64,000 bases of DNA, taken from the NCBI GenBank assembly GCA_035285865.1, contig JAYKHS010000003.1:158016-222015 (forward strand), in the 5' to 3' direction. Below, piece by piece: positions 40,243 to 49,628 of the stretch. Below the pieces are notes generated by a model. It saw only the letters and a list, made by a program, of their open reading frames with translations. It was not told where the DNA came from and searched no databases. Numbering within the stretch: the stretch's first letter is position 1; every line of letters begins with the position of its first letter. The position numbers and the translations under genes were made by a program. The stretch comes from Candidatus Sericytochromatia bacterium (GTDB taxonomy: Bacteria; Cyanobacteriota; Sericytochromatia; S15B-MN24; VGJW01).

Positions 40243-41027
40243 CACCGGCCCCGTCCTCCAGCACGCGAGATCTCGAAGTTGGTCGTGCCGACATTGGCTG
40301 CCTCGACCGGAACCTCGGCGACGCGCCTCGCTGCGGGAACGCCGGCCGCGAAGGGCACTGCCGAGACAGGTACCACCTTGAGCTGACCTGTAACCGTCCC
40401 CAGGAAAGGCGAAGGCTGCGGCACGATACGGACCTGGACCTGAGACGCGGTGGCCTCGGCAGCTTCCGAAGCCGTTCCGGGCAACTGGGGCTCAAGCAGG
40501 ATGAATGGCCCAGGTGTCGGCGTTCCCCCCGTGAGGACGGACAACCTCTGGACGCCGGTCAGGGTCCAGGTCGACAAAACCGGCTGGGTCGTCTCCGCGA
40601 CCGTCGGCAGCGCCCCCCCGACCGGCCGGCCATATTGCACCACCGACACCCACGTGCGCCGGTAGGGCAGATCCGGCTTCTCTGCCTCCCCGTCACGATC
40701 GGGCACGAAGAACTGGTTGAAGGCATAGGCCTCGCTTCTCGGAAGCGCGGGCACCACGGCAATCCCGATCGGCACGAGAGTGGGGGTTGGCGTCGGAATC
40801 GGGGTGGGTGACGGCGGAGCAAAAAGTGGCGGCGGCGTGGTCGGAGATACGGAAACAGCCGGCCGCGGCGTACCCGCCACGCCCCCGACTGGCAGGGGCA
40901 GCACCGGATTGCCACCGGTAGCAAGGCTGCCCGAGGCCCCCTGGGTCTGCGTCGTGCAGGCCCACAGGACCAGACACGGGAGCCCTGCGGCGATGACGGT
41001 CGGGGCAAGGCGTGAAACAGCGGGCAT
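40242..41027 (-). CDS. Hypothetical Pro/Thr-rich lipoprotein
   Basis: LVLWAC lipobox-like site, PT-rich linker, stop overlaps the next start; start uncertain (41027 or 41075). Confidence 0.6.
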   Translation of the reverse strand: MPAVSRLAPTVIAAGLPCLVLWACTTQTQGASGSLATGGNPVLPLPVGGVAGTPRPAVSVSPTTPPPLFAPPSPTPIPTPTPTLVPIGIAVVPALPRSEAYAFNQFFVPDRDGEAEKPDLPYRRTWVSVVQYGRPVGGALPTVAETTQPVLSTWTLTGVQRLSVLTGGTPTPGPFILLEPQLPGTASEAAEATASQVQVRIVPQPSPFLGTVTGQLKVVPVSAVPFAAGVPAARRVAEVPVEAANVGTTNFEISRAGGRGR

Positions 41028-41082
41028 CAGTCTTCCGGAAGGGCGCGAGGACACCCCTTGCGTACCCTTCGCCACCTGCCAC

Positions 41083-41574
41083 CTAACGACGGAGCGGAGC
41101 CCCCGGGATACGGGCCAGCAAATTGGCCGTCTCCAGCACCGCCATCGCAGCCTCCCAACCCTTGTTGCCCGCCTTCGCGCCGGCTCGATGCAAGGCCTGT
41201 TCCAGATTGTCGGTCGTCAGGACCCCGAAGCCGACCGGTTTGACCGACTCCCGCGCCAAAGCAGCCAGTTGGGCCGCTACCGGTCCGGCCACGTGTTCGA
41301 AATGGGCCGTGTCGCCCCGGATGACGCACCCGAGGACGACGAGGCCATCAAGGTCAGGACGGTCACGAAGCAGGGCAGCAGCCACGACGGGCAGTTCGTA
41401 GGCCCCCGGCGCCCATACCTCGAGGAGGTCGATCTCGGAAACGCCGTGTCGGACCAATGCGTCACGAGCCCCACCCACGAGCCGTTCGACCACCAGGTCA
41501 TTGAAGCGGGACGCGACCAGCGCGAAACGCTTTCCGGTCCCCGTCAATTCACCCTCGAGCCTGTCAGCCATCAT
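41083..41574 (-). CDS. ribH: 6,7-dimethyl-8-ribityllumazine synthase
   Basis: ASRFN, PGAYELP, GCVIRGDTAHFE, GVLTTD, GNKGWEAA. Confidence 0.95.
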   Translation of the reverse strand: MMADRLEGELTGTGKRFALVASRFNDLVVERLVGGARDALVRHGVSEIDLLEVWAPGAYELPVVAAALLRDRPDLDGLVVLGCVIRGDTAHFEHVAGPVAAQLAALARESVKPVGFGVLTTDNLEQALHRAGAKAGNKGWEAAMAVLETANLLARIPGAPLRR

Positions 41575-41584
41575 CGGTTCTCCC

Positions 41585-42781
41585 TCAGGACAGGATATGT
41601 CCCAGCTTCTCGGCCTTGGTGCGCAGGTAGCCTTCATTGTAGGCGTTTCGCTCGACGGGCATCGGCACACGCCCGGCGACCTCGAGGCCATACCCTTCGA
41701 GGGCGACGACCTTGCGCGGGTTGTTGGTGAGCAGGCGCATCCGCCGGACACCAAGCTCCACCAGAACCTGGGCACCCTGCCCGTAATCCCGCAGGTCGGC
41801 GGGGAACCCGAGTTCCAGGTTGGCCTCCACGGTATCCAGTCCTTCGTCCTGCAAGCGGTAGGCGTGCAGCTTGTTGAGCAGGCCGATGCCGCGACCCTCC
41901 TGACGCAGGTAGACGAACACACCGTGCCCTTCACGGGCAATCGCCTCGAGAGCGGCCTCGCGCTGCTGGCCGCAATCGCACCGCAAGGAGCCGAAGGCAT
42001 CGCCCGTCAAGCACTCGGAGTGCATGCGCACGAGTACGCCCTCGCGGCCTGGATCGCCCATCACGAGAGCCAGATGCTGGCCACCCGTCAGCACGTTCTC
42101 GTAACCGATGACGGTGAACTCTCCGTGCCGCGTCGGGAGGCGAGCCTCGGTCCGACGAACCACGAAACGCTCCCGCTCGAGACGCCAGGCGATGACCTTT
42201 GCAACGGAGGTGATGAGCAAGCCGTGGGTCTTCGCGAAGACGAGAAGGTCGGGCAGGCGTGCCATGTCACCGTCGTCACGCAGCACCTCGCAGATCAGGC
42301 CTGCGGGCTCGGAACCGGCGAGACGCGCAAGGTCGCATGCGGCCTCCGTATGGCCGGCGCGCGCGAGGACTCCACCCGGCTTGGCGATGAGCGGGAAGAT
42401 GTGGCCGGGACGACGCAGGTCCTCCGGCCGAGACGACGGATCCAGGCAAACGGCGACGGTCCGGGCGCGATCCTTGGCCGAGATGCCCGTGGTCGCACCA
42501 TGCACGGCGTCGACGGACACCGTGAAGGCGGTACCATCCGTACCCTCGTTCTCGGGCACCATCAGCCCGAGATCCAGTGCTTTGCCCCGCTCGGGAGTGA
42601 GTGTGAGGCAGATCAGGCCACGACCGTAGGTCGCCATGAAGTTGATGGCCTCGGGCGTCGCATGCTCGGCAATCATCACGAGGTCCCCCTCGTTTTCACG
42701 ATCCTCGTCATCGACGACGACGACCATCTCTCCGCGGCGCAGGGCTTCGAGTACCTCGGGCATCTCAGCGAGCTGGGTCAT
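41585..42781 (-). CDS. ribBA: Bifunctional DHBP synthase / GTP cyclohydrolase II
   Basis: DDEDRENEGDL, RAGHTEA, RMHSECLTGD, RCDCG, QEGRGIGL, LLTNNP. Confidence 0.96.
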   Translation of the reverse strand: MTQLAEMPEVLEALRRGEMVVVVDDEDRENEGDLVMIAEHATPEAINFMATYGRGLICLTLTPERGKALDLGLMVPENEGTDGTAFTVSVDAVHGATTGISAKDRARTVAVCLDPSSRPEDLRRPGHIFPLIAKPGGVLARAGHTEAACDLARLAGSEPAGLICEVLRDDGDMARLPDLLVFAKTHGLLITSVAKVIAWRLERERFVVRRTEARLPTRHGEFTVIGYENVLTGGQHLALVMGDPGREGVLVRMHSECLTGDAFGSLRCDCGQQREAALEAIAREGHGVFVYLRQEGRGIGLLNKLHAYRLQDEGLDTVEANLELGFPADLRDYGQGAQVLVELGVRRMRLLTNNPRKVVALEGYGLEVAGRVPMPVERNAYNEGYLRTKAEKLGHILS

Positions 42782-42784
42782 GGT

Positions 42785-43393
42785 TCACGCGCCTCCTCGC
42801 GCGGCGAGCCTTTCCAGCCAGGGCTGGAGGCATCGATGGACATGCCGGGCAAGCATGTCGTTCTCAAGATGCACCTGGTCACCCGGTACCAGGTTGGACA
42901 GGGTGGTCCGCGCCCACGTCTCGGGGATGATGGTCACGGTGAAGTCCCTGTCCGTCACGTCATTGAGCGTCAGCGACACGCCGTCCAGAGTGACCGATCC
43001 CTGGGGCAGCATCAAGGCGAGCAGCTCAGACGACACGACAAAGCGCATGCGGTGCGCTCCCTCCGGCAAAGGGTCGACCGCATCGAGCGCCGCAAGGCCC
43101 TCGATGTGGCCGGACACCAGATGTCCGCCAAGCCGATCGCCCAGTGCGAGGGCCCGCTCGAGGTTGACCGGACGGCCCTCGCTCCAGGTACCCATCGTCG
43201 TCATCCCAAGCGTCGTCTCGGAGACATCGGCTGAGAAGCCTGAGGCATCGGCCGTGACGACCGTGAGGCAAGCACCGGCAACCGCGACGGATTCGCCCGG
43301 GCGCAAATCGCCGGCAAATGGAGCCGCAAAGCGGAATCGGCCTTCGTGTCGGGCTTGGACACGGCCGATGGCTTCTACAAGACCTGTAAACAA
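42785..43393 (-). CDS. ribE: Riboflavin synthase (alpha chain)
   Basis: TTG start giving MFTGLVE, GESVAVAGACLTV, VNLERAL, GGHLVSGH, DGVSLT. Confidence 0.94.
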   Translation of the reverse strand: MFTGLVEAIGRVQARHEGRFRFAAPFAGDLRPGESVAVAGACLTVVTADASGFSADVSETTLGMTTMGTWSEGRPVNLERALALGDRLGGHLVSGHIEGLAALDAVDPLPEGAHRMRFVVSSELLALMLPQGSVTLDGVSLTLNDVTDRDFTVTIIPETWARTTLSNLVPGDQVHLENDMLARHVHRCLQPWLERLAARGGA

Positions 43394-43483
43394 GGGAAAG
43401 TGGGCATGGCAACTGCCATGTGGCCTCGATCGTACCTGAATCGGGCGTGGAGGGCGAATTGCAGGATGCTCTAGCATGGCCTC

Positions 43484-44899
43484 GTGCCCAGACCACCCTC
43501 ATCCGCAGCCCTCGCCGAGCTCTCCCGCATGATCGGCCACGACAAGGTCCTGACAGGCCCAGCCGTCGCCCGAGCCTACGATCGGGACGCCTACGTGCTG
43601 GCTCATCGACCGGCCGCAGCCGTCGTGCGACCCGAAAACACGGGCGACGTGGTGGAGACATGCCGTTGGGCCACGCGCCACGACATCAGCCTGACGCCCC
43701 GTGGAGCCGGAACGGGCCTGTCCGGAGGAGCTGCTCCCGGTCCGGATGCCGTTGTCGTCCTGACCTCGGGCATGCGTCGCGTCCTCGCGATCTGCCCTGA
43801 GGACGGCTTGGCCGTGATCCAACCCGGTGTGGTCAACGCTCGACTTGACGATCTGGCGCGCCCCTTCGGGCTGACTTTCGCCCCTGATCCCTCGAGCCAA
43901 TCCACGTGCACGGTCGGCGGGAACATCGCCGAGAATGCGGGTGGCCCGCACACCCTGAAACACGGCATGACGGTCCGGCACGTACTGGCCGCGCGGGTCG
44001 TGCGCGGGGACGGCAGCATCCTCGAACTAGGCCATCCCACGGGACTGGGGCCCGGCCTTGATCTCATGGGTGCTTTCACGGGCAGCGAGGGTACCCTGGG
44101 CTTCCTGACGGAGGCCACGGTTCGTCTGGTGCCACGACCCGAGTCGGTCCATACGGTGCTGGCCGCCTTCCCGACCGTTCGTGCGGCAGCCGAGGGTGTC
44201 GGGCGCATCCTGAAGGCCGGTATCGTGCCTGCCGCCCTGGAGATGGTCGATCGGACGGTGGTCGCAGCCGTGGAGGACGCGTTCGGGGCAGGTCTGCCGC
44301 GCGAGGCCTCCGCCCTGCTGCTGGTGGAACTGGATGGCACCTCTGCCGAAGTGACGGCCGAGGCGGCTGCGCTGGAAGCCCTGCTGGTCGCGGCAGGAGC
44401 GGATCCGGTCCAGACGGCCCGCGATGCCGCCGCGCGGGAACGCCTGTGGCTGGCACGCAAGAAAGCCGTCGCTGCGCTCGGCAGGCTCGCACCGGCCCAG
44501 ATCATCCAGGATGGCGTGATCCGGCCCTCCTTGCTGCCCGAGGCGTTGGAAGGCATCGCGGCCATCGGCCGCAAGCACGGGGTGGTGATCGCCAACGTCT
44601 TCCACGCCGGCGACGGCAATCTGCATCCGGTGGTGCTCTTTGATGCTTCCGACCCGAACCAGGTCCACGCGGTCGAAAAGGCAGGCCTCGACATCCTCGA
44701 CATGTGTCTGGCCATGGGCGGGACGCTCACGGGCGAGCACGGCATCGGCCTCGAGAAACGCGATGCCATGCCGCGGATGTTTCCTCCCGAAGCCCTCGCT
44801 TGGCAAAGCGCCTTCCGAGCGGCGTGGGATCCCTGGGGGCGATGGAATCCCGACAAGGCGCTTCCCCTGAGGCCGTGTCTGGAGGATCGGACTCGATGA
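43484..44899 (+). CDS. glcD: FAD-linked oxidase, glycolate oxidase subunit GlcD-like
   Basis: PRGAGTGLSGG, PDPSSQ..TVGGNIAENAGG, GSEGTLG, HAGDGNLHP, GEHGIG. Confidence 0.88.
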   Translation: MPRPPSSAALAELSRMIGHDKVLTGPAVARAYDRDAYVLAHRPAAAVVRPENTGDVVETCRWATRHDISLTPRGAGTGLSGGAAPGPDAVVVLTSGMRRVLAICPEDGLAVIQPGVVNARLDDLARPFGLTFAPDPSSQSTCTVGGNIAENAGGPHTLKHGMTVRHVLAARVVRGDGSILELGHPTGLGPGLDLMGAFTGSEGTLGFLTEATVRLVPRPESVHTVLAAFPTVRAAAEGVGRILKAGIVPAALEMVDRTVVAAVEDAFGAGLPREASALLLVELDGTSAEVTAEAAALEALLVAAGADPVQTARDAAARERLWLARKKAVAALGRLAPAQIIQDGVIRPSLLPEALEGIAAIGRKHGVVIANVFHAGDGNLHPVVLFDASDPNQVHAVEKAGLDILDMCLAMGGTLTGEHGIGLEKRDAMPRMFPPEALAWQSAFRAAWDPWGRWNPDKALPLRPCLEDRTR

Positions 44900-46083
44900 C
44901 CAAAGCACCCGTCCTGCTACCGACAGCCGAGGCGGCGACGGCGTTGGTCCGTGAAGCCCGGGCGAACGGCACGCTCCTGCGCCCTGTCGGCGGGGGAACC
45001 CGCCCGCTTTTCGGCATGCCACGCGGATTGCCGGTGCGCGTGGAAGCCGAGGCCGGTACCTGGCTGCATCATCCCGAGGATCTGCTCGTTACCGTCCCCG
45101 CGGGCATGACGGTAGCCGAGATGGCCCGGCGGCTGGCCGTCGAGGGACAGGCCCTGCCGCTGGCTGCCCCCGAGGGCGGGACGGTCGGAGGACTCGTGGC
45201 CCAGGGGACGGGCGACCCGTGCCTCCACGGCCGCAACTTGCCGAGAGACTGGGTCCTCGGAGCAGACGTCATCCTCGGGAACGGGGAGCCCCAGCGCATC
45301 GGCGCTCGGGTCGTCAAGAACGTGGCAGGCTACGATGCCGTGAGGCTATGGTGCGGCAGCCGAGGCACGCTGGGCCTGTTGTTGTCCGTGACCTTCAAAG
45401 TCGCTGCGCTCCCCGGGGCGTGGTTCGGACGTCGCGAATCCGGGATGACGGCAGAAGCCCTTTCACGCGCGCTCCTGCCCTGGCAGCGGATCACGCTCAC
45501 GTGGCTCCGCGTGCTTTCCGGGACCGTCGCTGCTCACGATCCCGACCCGTGGCAACCCGCGGTCTCCGTGCCGTGGGGAGCGGCCCTGTCCTGGACATTG
45601 CTCGCCGGCCTCGAGGGCACCGCTCCCATAATCGAGGCCGTCGCGCGCGGTTGGCCGTCGGATGGGCAAGCTCCGGAATCCCGCATCTGGCACCACCGGC
45701 CGCTGGGCCCGAAATGGGCCGAAGCGTCCCCCCCGCGGGCGGCCTGGATATTGGCCGTCCTGCCGAGTCGCATACCGGGACTGCTGGAAGCTTTGGTCGA
45801 TTGGTGCAACGCACGTGCAGCGGACGGACGACGCTGGGCCTACTCCGGCGATCCGGCTCGGGGCCGCCTTGAGGTCGCCCTCTGGGGAGATGCAGAGATG
45901 CCGACTCCCCCGATCGAACGCTGGGTCGAAGCCAGCGGGGGCCTCTGGCAAGTGACCGCCGGATCCCGGGAAGGCGGACACGGCCCTTCCCGGATGGACG
46001 AAGACCTGCAGCTTGCCCTCAAGCGAGCCTGCGATCCGGACGACATCATGAACCCGGACACCCTCCCCGGATGTCTGGCGTGA
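44896..46083 (+). CDS. glcE: FAD-binding glycolate oxidase subunit GlcE-like
   Basis: GGGT, TVGG, RVVKNVAGYD...GSRGTLG; coupled to glcD. Confidence 0.82.
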   Translation: MTKAPVLLPTAEAATALVREARANGTLLRPVGGGTRPLFGMPRGLPVRVEAEAGTWLHHPEDLLVTVPAGMTVAEMARRLAVEGQALPLAAPEGGTVGGLVAQGTGDPCLHGRNLPRDWVLGADVILGNGEPQRIGARVVKNVAGYDAVRLWCGSRGTLGLLLSVTFKVAALPGAWFGRRESGMTAEALSRALLPWQRITLTWLRVLSGTVAAHDPDPWQPAVSVPWGAALSWTLLAGLEGTAPIIEAVARGWPSDGQAPESRIWHHRPLGPKWAEASPPRAAWILAVLPSRIPGLLEALVDWCNARAADGRRWAYSGDPARGRLEVALWGDAEMPTPPIERWVEASGGLWQVTAGSREGGHGPSRMDEDLQLALKRACDPDDIMNPDTLPGCLA

Positions 46084-46091
46084 GGTAGCCC

Positions 46092-46625
46092 GTGCCATCC
46101 TTTTCCTCGTCCGTGACCACCCTGGCCCTTGCGGGGCTGCTGGCGATGTTGGTCCCGCTTGATGCCGTCCCGGCCCGCGCGGAGACGATTCACCTGCGTA
46201 ACGGCACCCGCCTGGAAGGCCGCATCCAGAAGCAGGACGAGAGCACGATCGAAGTGGTGACGCCTGGCGGCGTGGTCAAGGTACCCCGCGAGACCATCGC
46301 CCTCGCCACGCCCCCCAACCCGTGGATCGCCATGGGGATGGGGATCGCCGTGCCGGGCGGTGGCCAGGTCTGGCTGGGGCAGCAGGGGAAGGGCTGGACC
46401 GTAGCCGGCGTGACTCTGGCAAGCGGCCTGTTCGTGGGTCTTTCGGGGCAGGCGATGCTCACCGGGCGCCTCATCGGGGCGGACGGCAGCCTGCTGCCGG
46501 GTGCGGCCCTTGGCATGCTGGCGGCCATGGTGCCTTGGGGACTCGGGGCGTGGGAGGCCTGGCAGATGGCTGAGGTCACGGCCAATCGGGACGCGACCCA
46601 GGCGCGACTGCGGGTCGACTACTGA
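46092..46625 (+). CDS. Hypothetical exported/membrane protein
   Basis: Signal peptide (ARA-ETI), small beta domain IHLRNGTRLEGRI, then PGGGQ and hydrophobic segments. Confidence 0.65.
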   Translation: MPSFSSSVTTLALAGLLAMLVPLDAVPARAETIHLRNGTRLEGRIQKQDESTIEVVTPGGVVKVPRETIALATPPNPWIAMGMGIAVPGGGQVWLGQQGKGWTVAGVTLASGLFVGLSGQAMLTGRLIGADGSLLPGAALGMLAAMVPWGLGAWEAWQMAEVTANRDATQARLRVDY

Positions 46626-46645
46626 GCGGACGCGCCAACGTCCGC

Positions 46646-47524
46646 CTAACGGAAGGGCGCCACGTGCACCCGGACCCCGTCCTCACGGAAGAGACGTCGC
46701 AGGTAGTCCCGATCGACGACCTCCCGCGCTTGGTCCAGAACCGGGTCAAGGCGCCCCAGCGTGCCGTCGAGCCGCAGGGACAGCTTGTCCAGGCGATGGA
46801 CCGTCCGCGTACCCTCGGCAAGGAAGGCCGCCACATCCCGCTCCAGCACCCGATCCAGAGTCCTCGCTGCGCGGCCCGTGTCCCGCAGCGTGCCCTGCAG
46901 GCTCGGCCCGAGATCCTCGGCCAGTCGACGCAAGGCGCCCACGTCCTTGCCGGCATCCACCGACAGGCGTTCCACGGCGGCCAGGGTCCTGTCCACGCGA
47001 TCAAGCGTCGTACCCAGACGGCCGACCAGTTGGCGCATCTCGACGACAGTCCCCGCGAATCCCTCGGCCAGACCCTCGACCGAGGCTGCAGGCAAGGCTC
47101 CCAGCAGGCTGTCGAGGTCAGGCGTCCGACGCGTCCGTGCCAGCGTGTCTCCGTCTCGCAGAGGCAAATCCGGTCGGCCACCCGGCCGCAGGTCGATGAA
47201 CCTTTCGCCGAGCAGGCTGCGTGACCGCAACACGGCCTCGGTGTCGCGGGGCAAGGCGATGCGCCGATCCAGAACCATCGAGACCTCGGCAGCCCCATCC
47301 CGCCAGACCAGACCGACGACACGACCGATCGGCACGCCACCGAGCTGGACCACACCGTCACGCGGCAAACCCGTGACGTCGGCGAACCGGGCCGTCACCC
47401 GCAGGCCACGAGCCGCTCCACCGGGCCACAACCCCCACCACAGGGCCACTCCGGCCGCCAGGGTCAGGACCATGGCAAGCAACCCCCCGCGCCAAGGGGT
47501 CAGGCGTCGCCATTGCGAGAGCAT
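46646..47524 (-). CDS. mlaD: MCE/MlaD family protein
   Basis: N-terminal TM helix, FADVTGL..DGVVQLGGVPIGRV, SLLGERFIDLRPG, helical tail. Confidence 0.85.
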   Translation of the reverse strand: MLSQWRRLTPWRGGLLAMVLTLAAGVALWWGLWPGGAARGLRVTARFADVTGLPRDGVVQLGGVPIGRVVGLVWRDGAAEVSMVLDRRIALPRDTEAVLRSRSLLGERFIDLRPGGRPDLPLRDGDTLARTRRTPDLDSLLGALPAASVEGLAEGFAGTVVEMRQLVGRLGTTLDRVDRTLAAVERLSVDAGKDVGALRRLAEDLGPSLQGTLRDTGRAARTLDRVLERDVAAFLAEGTRTVHRLDKLSLRLDGTLGRLDPVLDQAREVVDRDYLRRLFREDGVRVHVAPFR

Positions 47525-47534
47525 CAGCGGAAGT

Positions 47535-48242
47535 CTAGCACGCGTTTCCAGGATGACCGGCCTCGAGAAAGGCACGCCACCATGGGTCCCCGTCGGCCGG
47601 ACGCAGGCGCCCCCCCTCCAGCACCAGCACGCGCTCGCCCAGCCGCGCGACCAGCACAGGGTCATGCGTGACGACCAGCAACCCGGCGTCTTCGGCGGCG
47701 GCCGCCACGACCTCGGCCATGTCACGAGCCGTCACGGGATCCAGTCCGCTGGTCGGCTCGTCAAGCAACAGTAGGCGAGGTCGCATGATCAGCGCCCGGG
47801 CCAGCCCTGCCCGCTTTCGCATGCCACCGGACAGATTCATCGGGCGCAGGCGCGCGGCATCCTCGAGGCCCACGCGACGCAGCACCTCGGGGACCCGTGC
47901 AGGGGCCTCGCGCGCGAGGCCTGCCAGCTCTAGCGGCAGGGCGACATTGTCCCAGACCGTCATGGAGGGAAAGAGCGCTCCGTCCTGAAAGGCCATCCCC
48001 AACTGCCGCGCAATCCCTTCGGGGAGAACGACGGGATCTCCCCCCAGCAGGCGAATCATGCCGGAATCAGGTCGCATGGCCCCCGTCAGCGTCCGCAGCA
48101 AGACCGACTTGCCCGCGCCTGACGGCCCCACGAGGCAGACACGCTCGGAGAAGCGGACCTCGAGATCGATGTCCGCCGCAATCAGCCGCCCGCCCGCCCG
48201 CAGGCTGACTCCACGCGCCTCGAGGAGCACCTCGCCCGTCAT
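47535..48242 (-). CDS. mlaF: MlaF-like ABC ATPase
   Basis: GPSGAGKS, FQDGALF, LSGGMRKRAGLARAL, DEPTSGLDP. Confidence 0.88.
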   Translation of the reverse strand: MTGEVLLEARGVSLRAGGRLIAADIDLEVRFSERVCLVGPSGAGKSVLLRTLTGAMRPDSGMIRLLGGDPVVLPEGIARQLGMAFQDGALFPSMTVWDNVALPLELAGLAREAPARVPEVLRRVGLEDAARLRPMNLSGGMRKRAGLARALIMRPRLLLLDEPTSGLDPVTARDMAEVVAAAAEDAGLLVVTHDPVLVARLGERVLVLEGGRLRPADGDPWWRAFLEAGHPGNAC

Positions 48243-48928
48243 CGCGAAATCCACCCCCATGTCAGGAGAAGGTTGGCCACGCCGACCATCCAGGTGGTCC
48301 TGACGACGCCCTTGGTGACCGCAAGCGCCAACCCCCGGGGCCCGGGAGCCGCACCGAGACCGGCGCGGGTGGTCAACAGGGCGATCGCCGCCCCGAAGAC
48401 CACGCCCTTGACCAAGGCCAGCATCAAGTCGGCGGGTGCGGCGACCCGATCCACCTCGGACCAGAAGAGATCGAGGGGAAGGCCGGCATGCCAGCGGGCC
48501 GCAAGAGCTGCGGTCAGGAACGCAGCCCATATCGCCCAGACCGTCAAAGCAGGCAGTGCCACCACCATCCCGAACACACCGGACACATACAGGCGCATGG
48601 CCAAGGAGCGTCCGAGCAGGCGCATCACCTCCCGTTGCCCCCCATGCTGCATCATCGCCGCCTCGGCTGTCCTCGCCGTACCCCACCGTGCCGTCGTGAG
48701 GGCCGTGGCGAGGAGCGGCATCAACTCATCGATGAACAGACGTCCCTCGAGGGCCCCGATCTTGGCAGGCACACCCAGGATCTGAAAGGGGCGCAGGGCA
48801 AGAACCGTAAGGGCGAGCGCCAGCAGGCTCGACAGCAGCATGACCGGAAGCAACGCGTGTCGAAAAGCTCCCAGGGCCACGCGCGACGAAGCCACGAACA
48901 GACCCTCGCGGGGGTCCACGCCGCTCAA
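48239..48928 (-). CDS. MlaE-like permease (divergent)
   Basis: ELMPLLATA, LVKGVVFGAAIALL...GL, LALAVTKGVV; TTG start overlaps the upstream stop. Confidence 0.72.
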   Translation of the reverse strand: MSGVDPREGLFVASSRVALGAFRHALLPVMLLSSLLALALTVLALRPFQILGVPAKIGALEGRLFIDELMPLLATALTTARWGTARTAEAAMMQHGGQREVMRLLGRSLAMRLYVSGVFGMVVALPALTVWAIWAAFLTAALAARWHAGLPLDLFWSEVDRVAAPADLMLALVKGVVFGAAIALLTTRAGLGAAPGPRGLALAVTKGVVRTTWMVGVANLLLTWGWISR

Positions 48929-49614
48929 GCGTGCACCTCCACCAGCAACACCCAGACAGCTTCCGCGACGGCAATGAAGAGTAGCGCGTGGACGACCGCC
49001 TGACCGGCGGCCCCCCCGACGGCCGCATCCCCTGACGCTCCGCCCCCCTCTTCCATATCCCGGATGGCCCTTAGGCCCACACGAAAGGCGAGGGCCTGGA
49101 TCCCCACCCCCAGCAGCCCACCCTTGAGCATGCCCACAAGAACGTTCGGCAGCATCGCCGGCCGCACGAAGGCTCCAAGCCACGGCTCGACCGAACGCCC
49201 CATCAAGGCGAGCACGAGGGCACCGCCTGCAACAAAGGCCAGGAAACCTGAGGCCGTGAGCAACGCACCCTCCCGGCCACCCCGCCACAAGGCGGACGGT
49301 CCCCACCAGGTCCAGGGGTCCCGCCCGAGCAGACGCAGGGCGGCCCACCCTTCCTGCAAGGCCATCACGACCATCGCCCCGGAAAGGGCGGAAGCCGACT
49401 CGGCAGCCACGACCAGTGCTGCCAGCAGGGGGGCGACCTGACGGCTCGTGACGCGGTCCAACGCCCCACCCAGCAAGGCCGTCGCTCCCAGTGGCTCAAG
49501 CACGATCAGGCCATGCAGACACGCCACGGCCCCCATCGTGCCAAGCAGCACGACGACGGGCAGGAAACTGGTCCATCCAGCTTCCTGCCCGGGAGTACCA
49601 CGACGAAGGGTCAA
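48925..49614 (-). CDS. MlaE-like permease (divergent)
   Basis: RQVAPLLAALVVA, ALRLLGRDP, GMLKG, GGA...AVGGAAGQAVV. Confidence 0.72.
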   Translation of the reverse strand: MTLRRGTPGQEAGWTSFLPVVVLLGTMGAVACLHGLIVLEPLGATALLGGALDRVTSRQVAPLLAALVVAAESASALSGAMVVMALQEGWAALRLLGRDPWTWWGPSALWRGGREGALLTASGFLAFVAGGALVLALMGRSVEPWLGAFVRPAMLPNVLVGMLKGGLLGVGIQALAFRVGLRAIRDMEEGGGASGDAAVGGAAGQAVVHALLFIAVAEAVWVLLVEVHA

Positions 49615-49628
49615 CGGGCCTGCGGGGT

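Noticed and set aside
43394..43483. FMN riboswitch upstream of the rib genes
   Set aside because: Only 90 bp shared with a divergent promoter; no RFN consensus seen.
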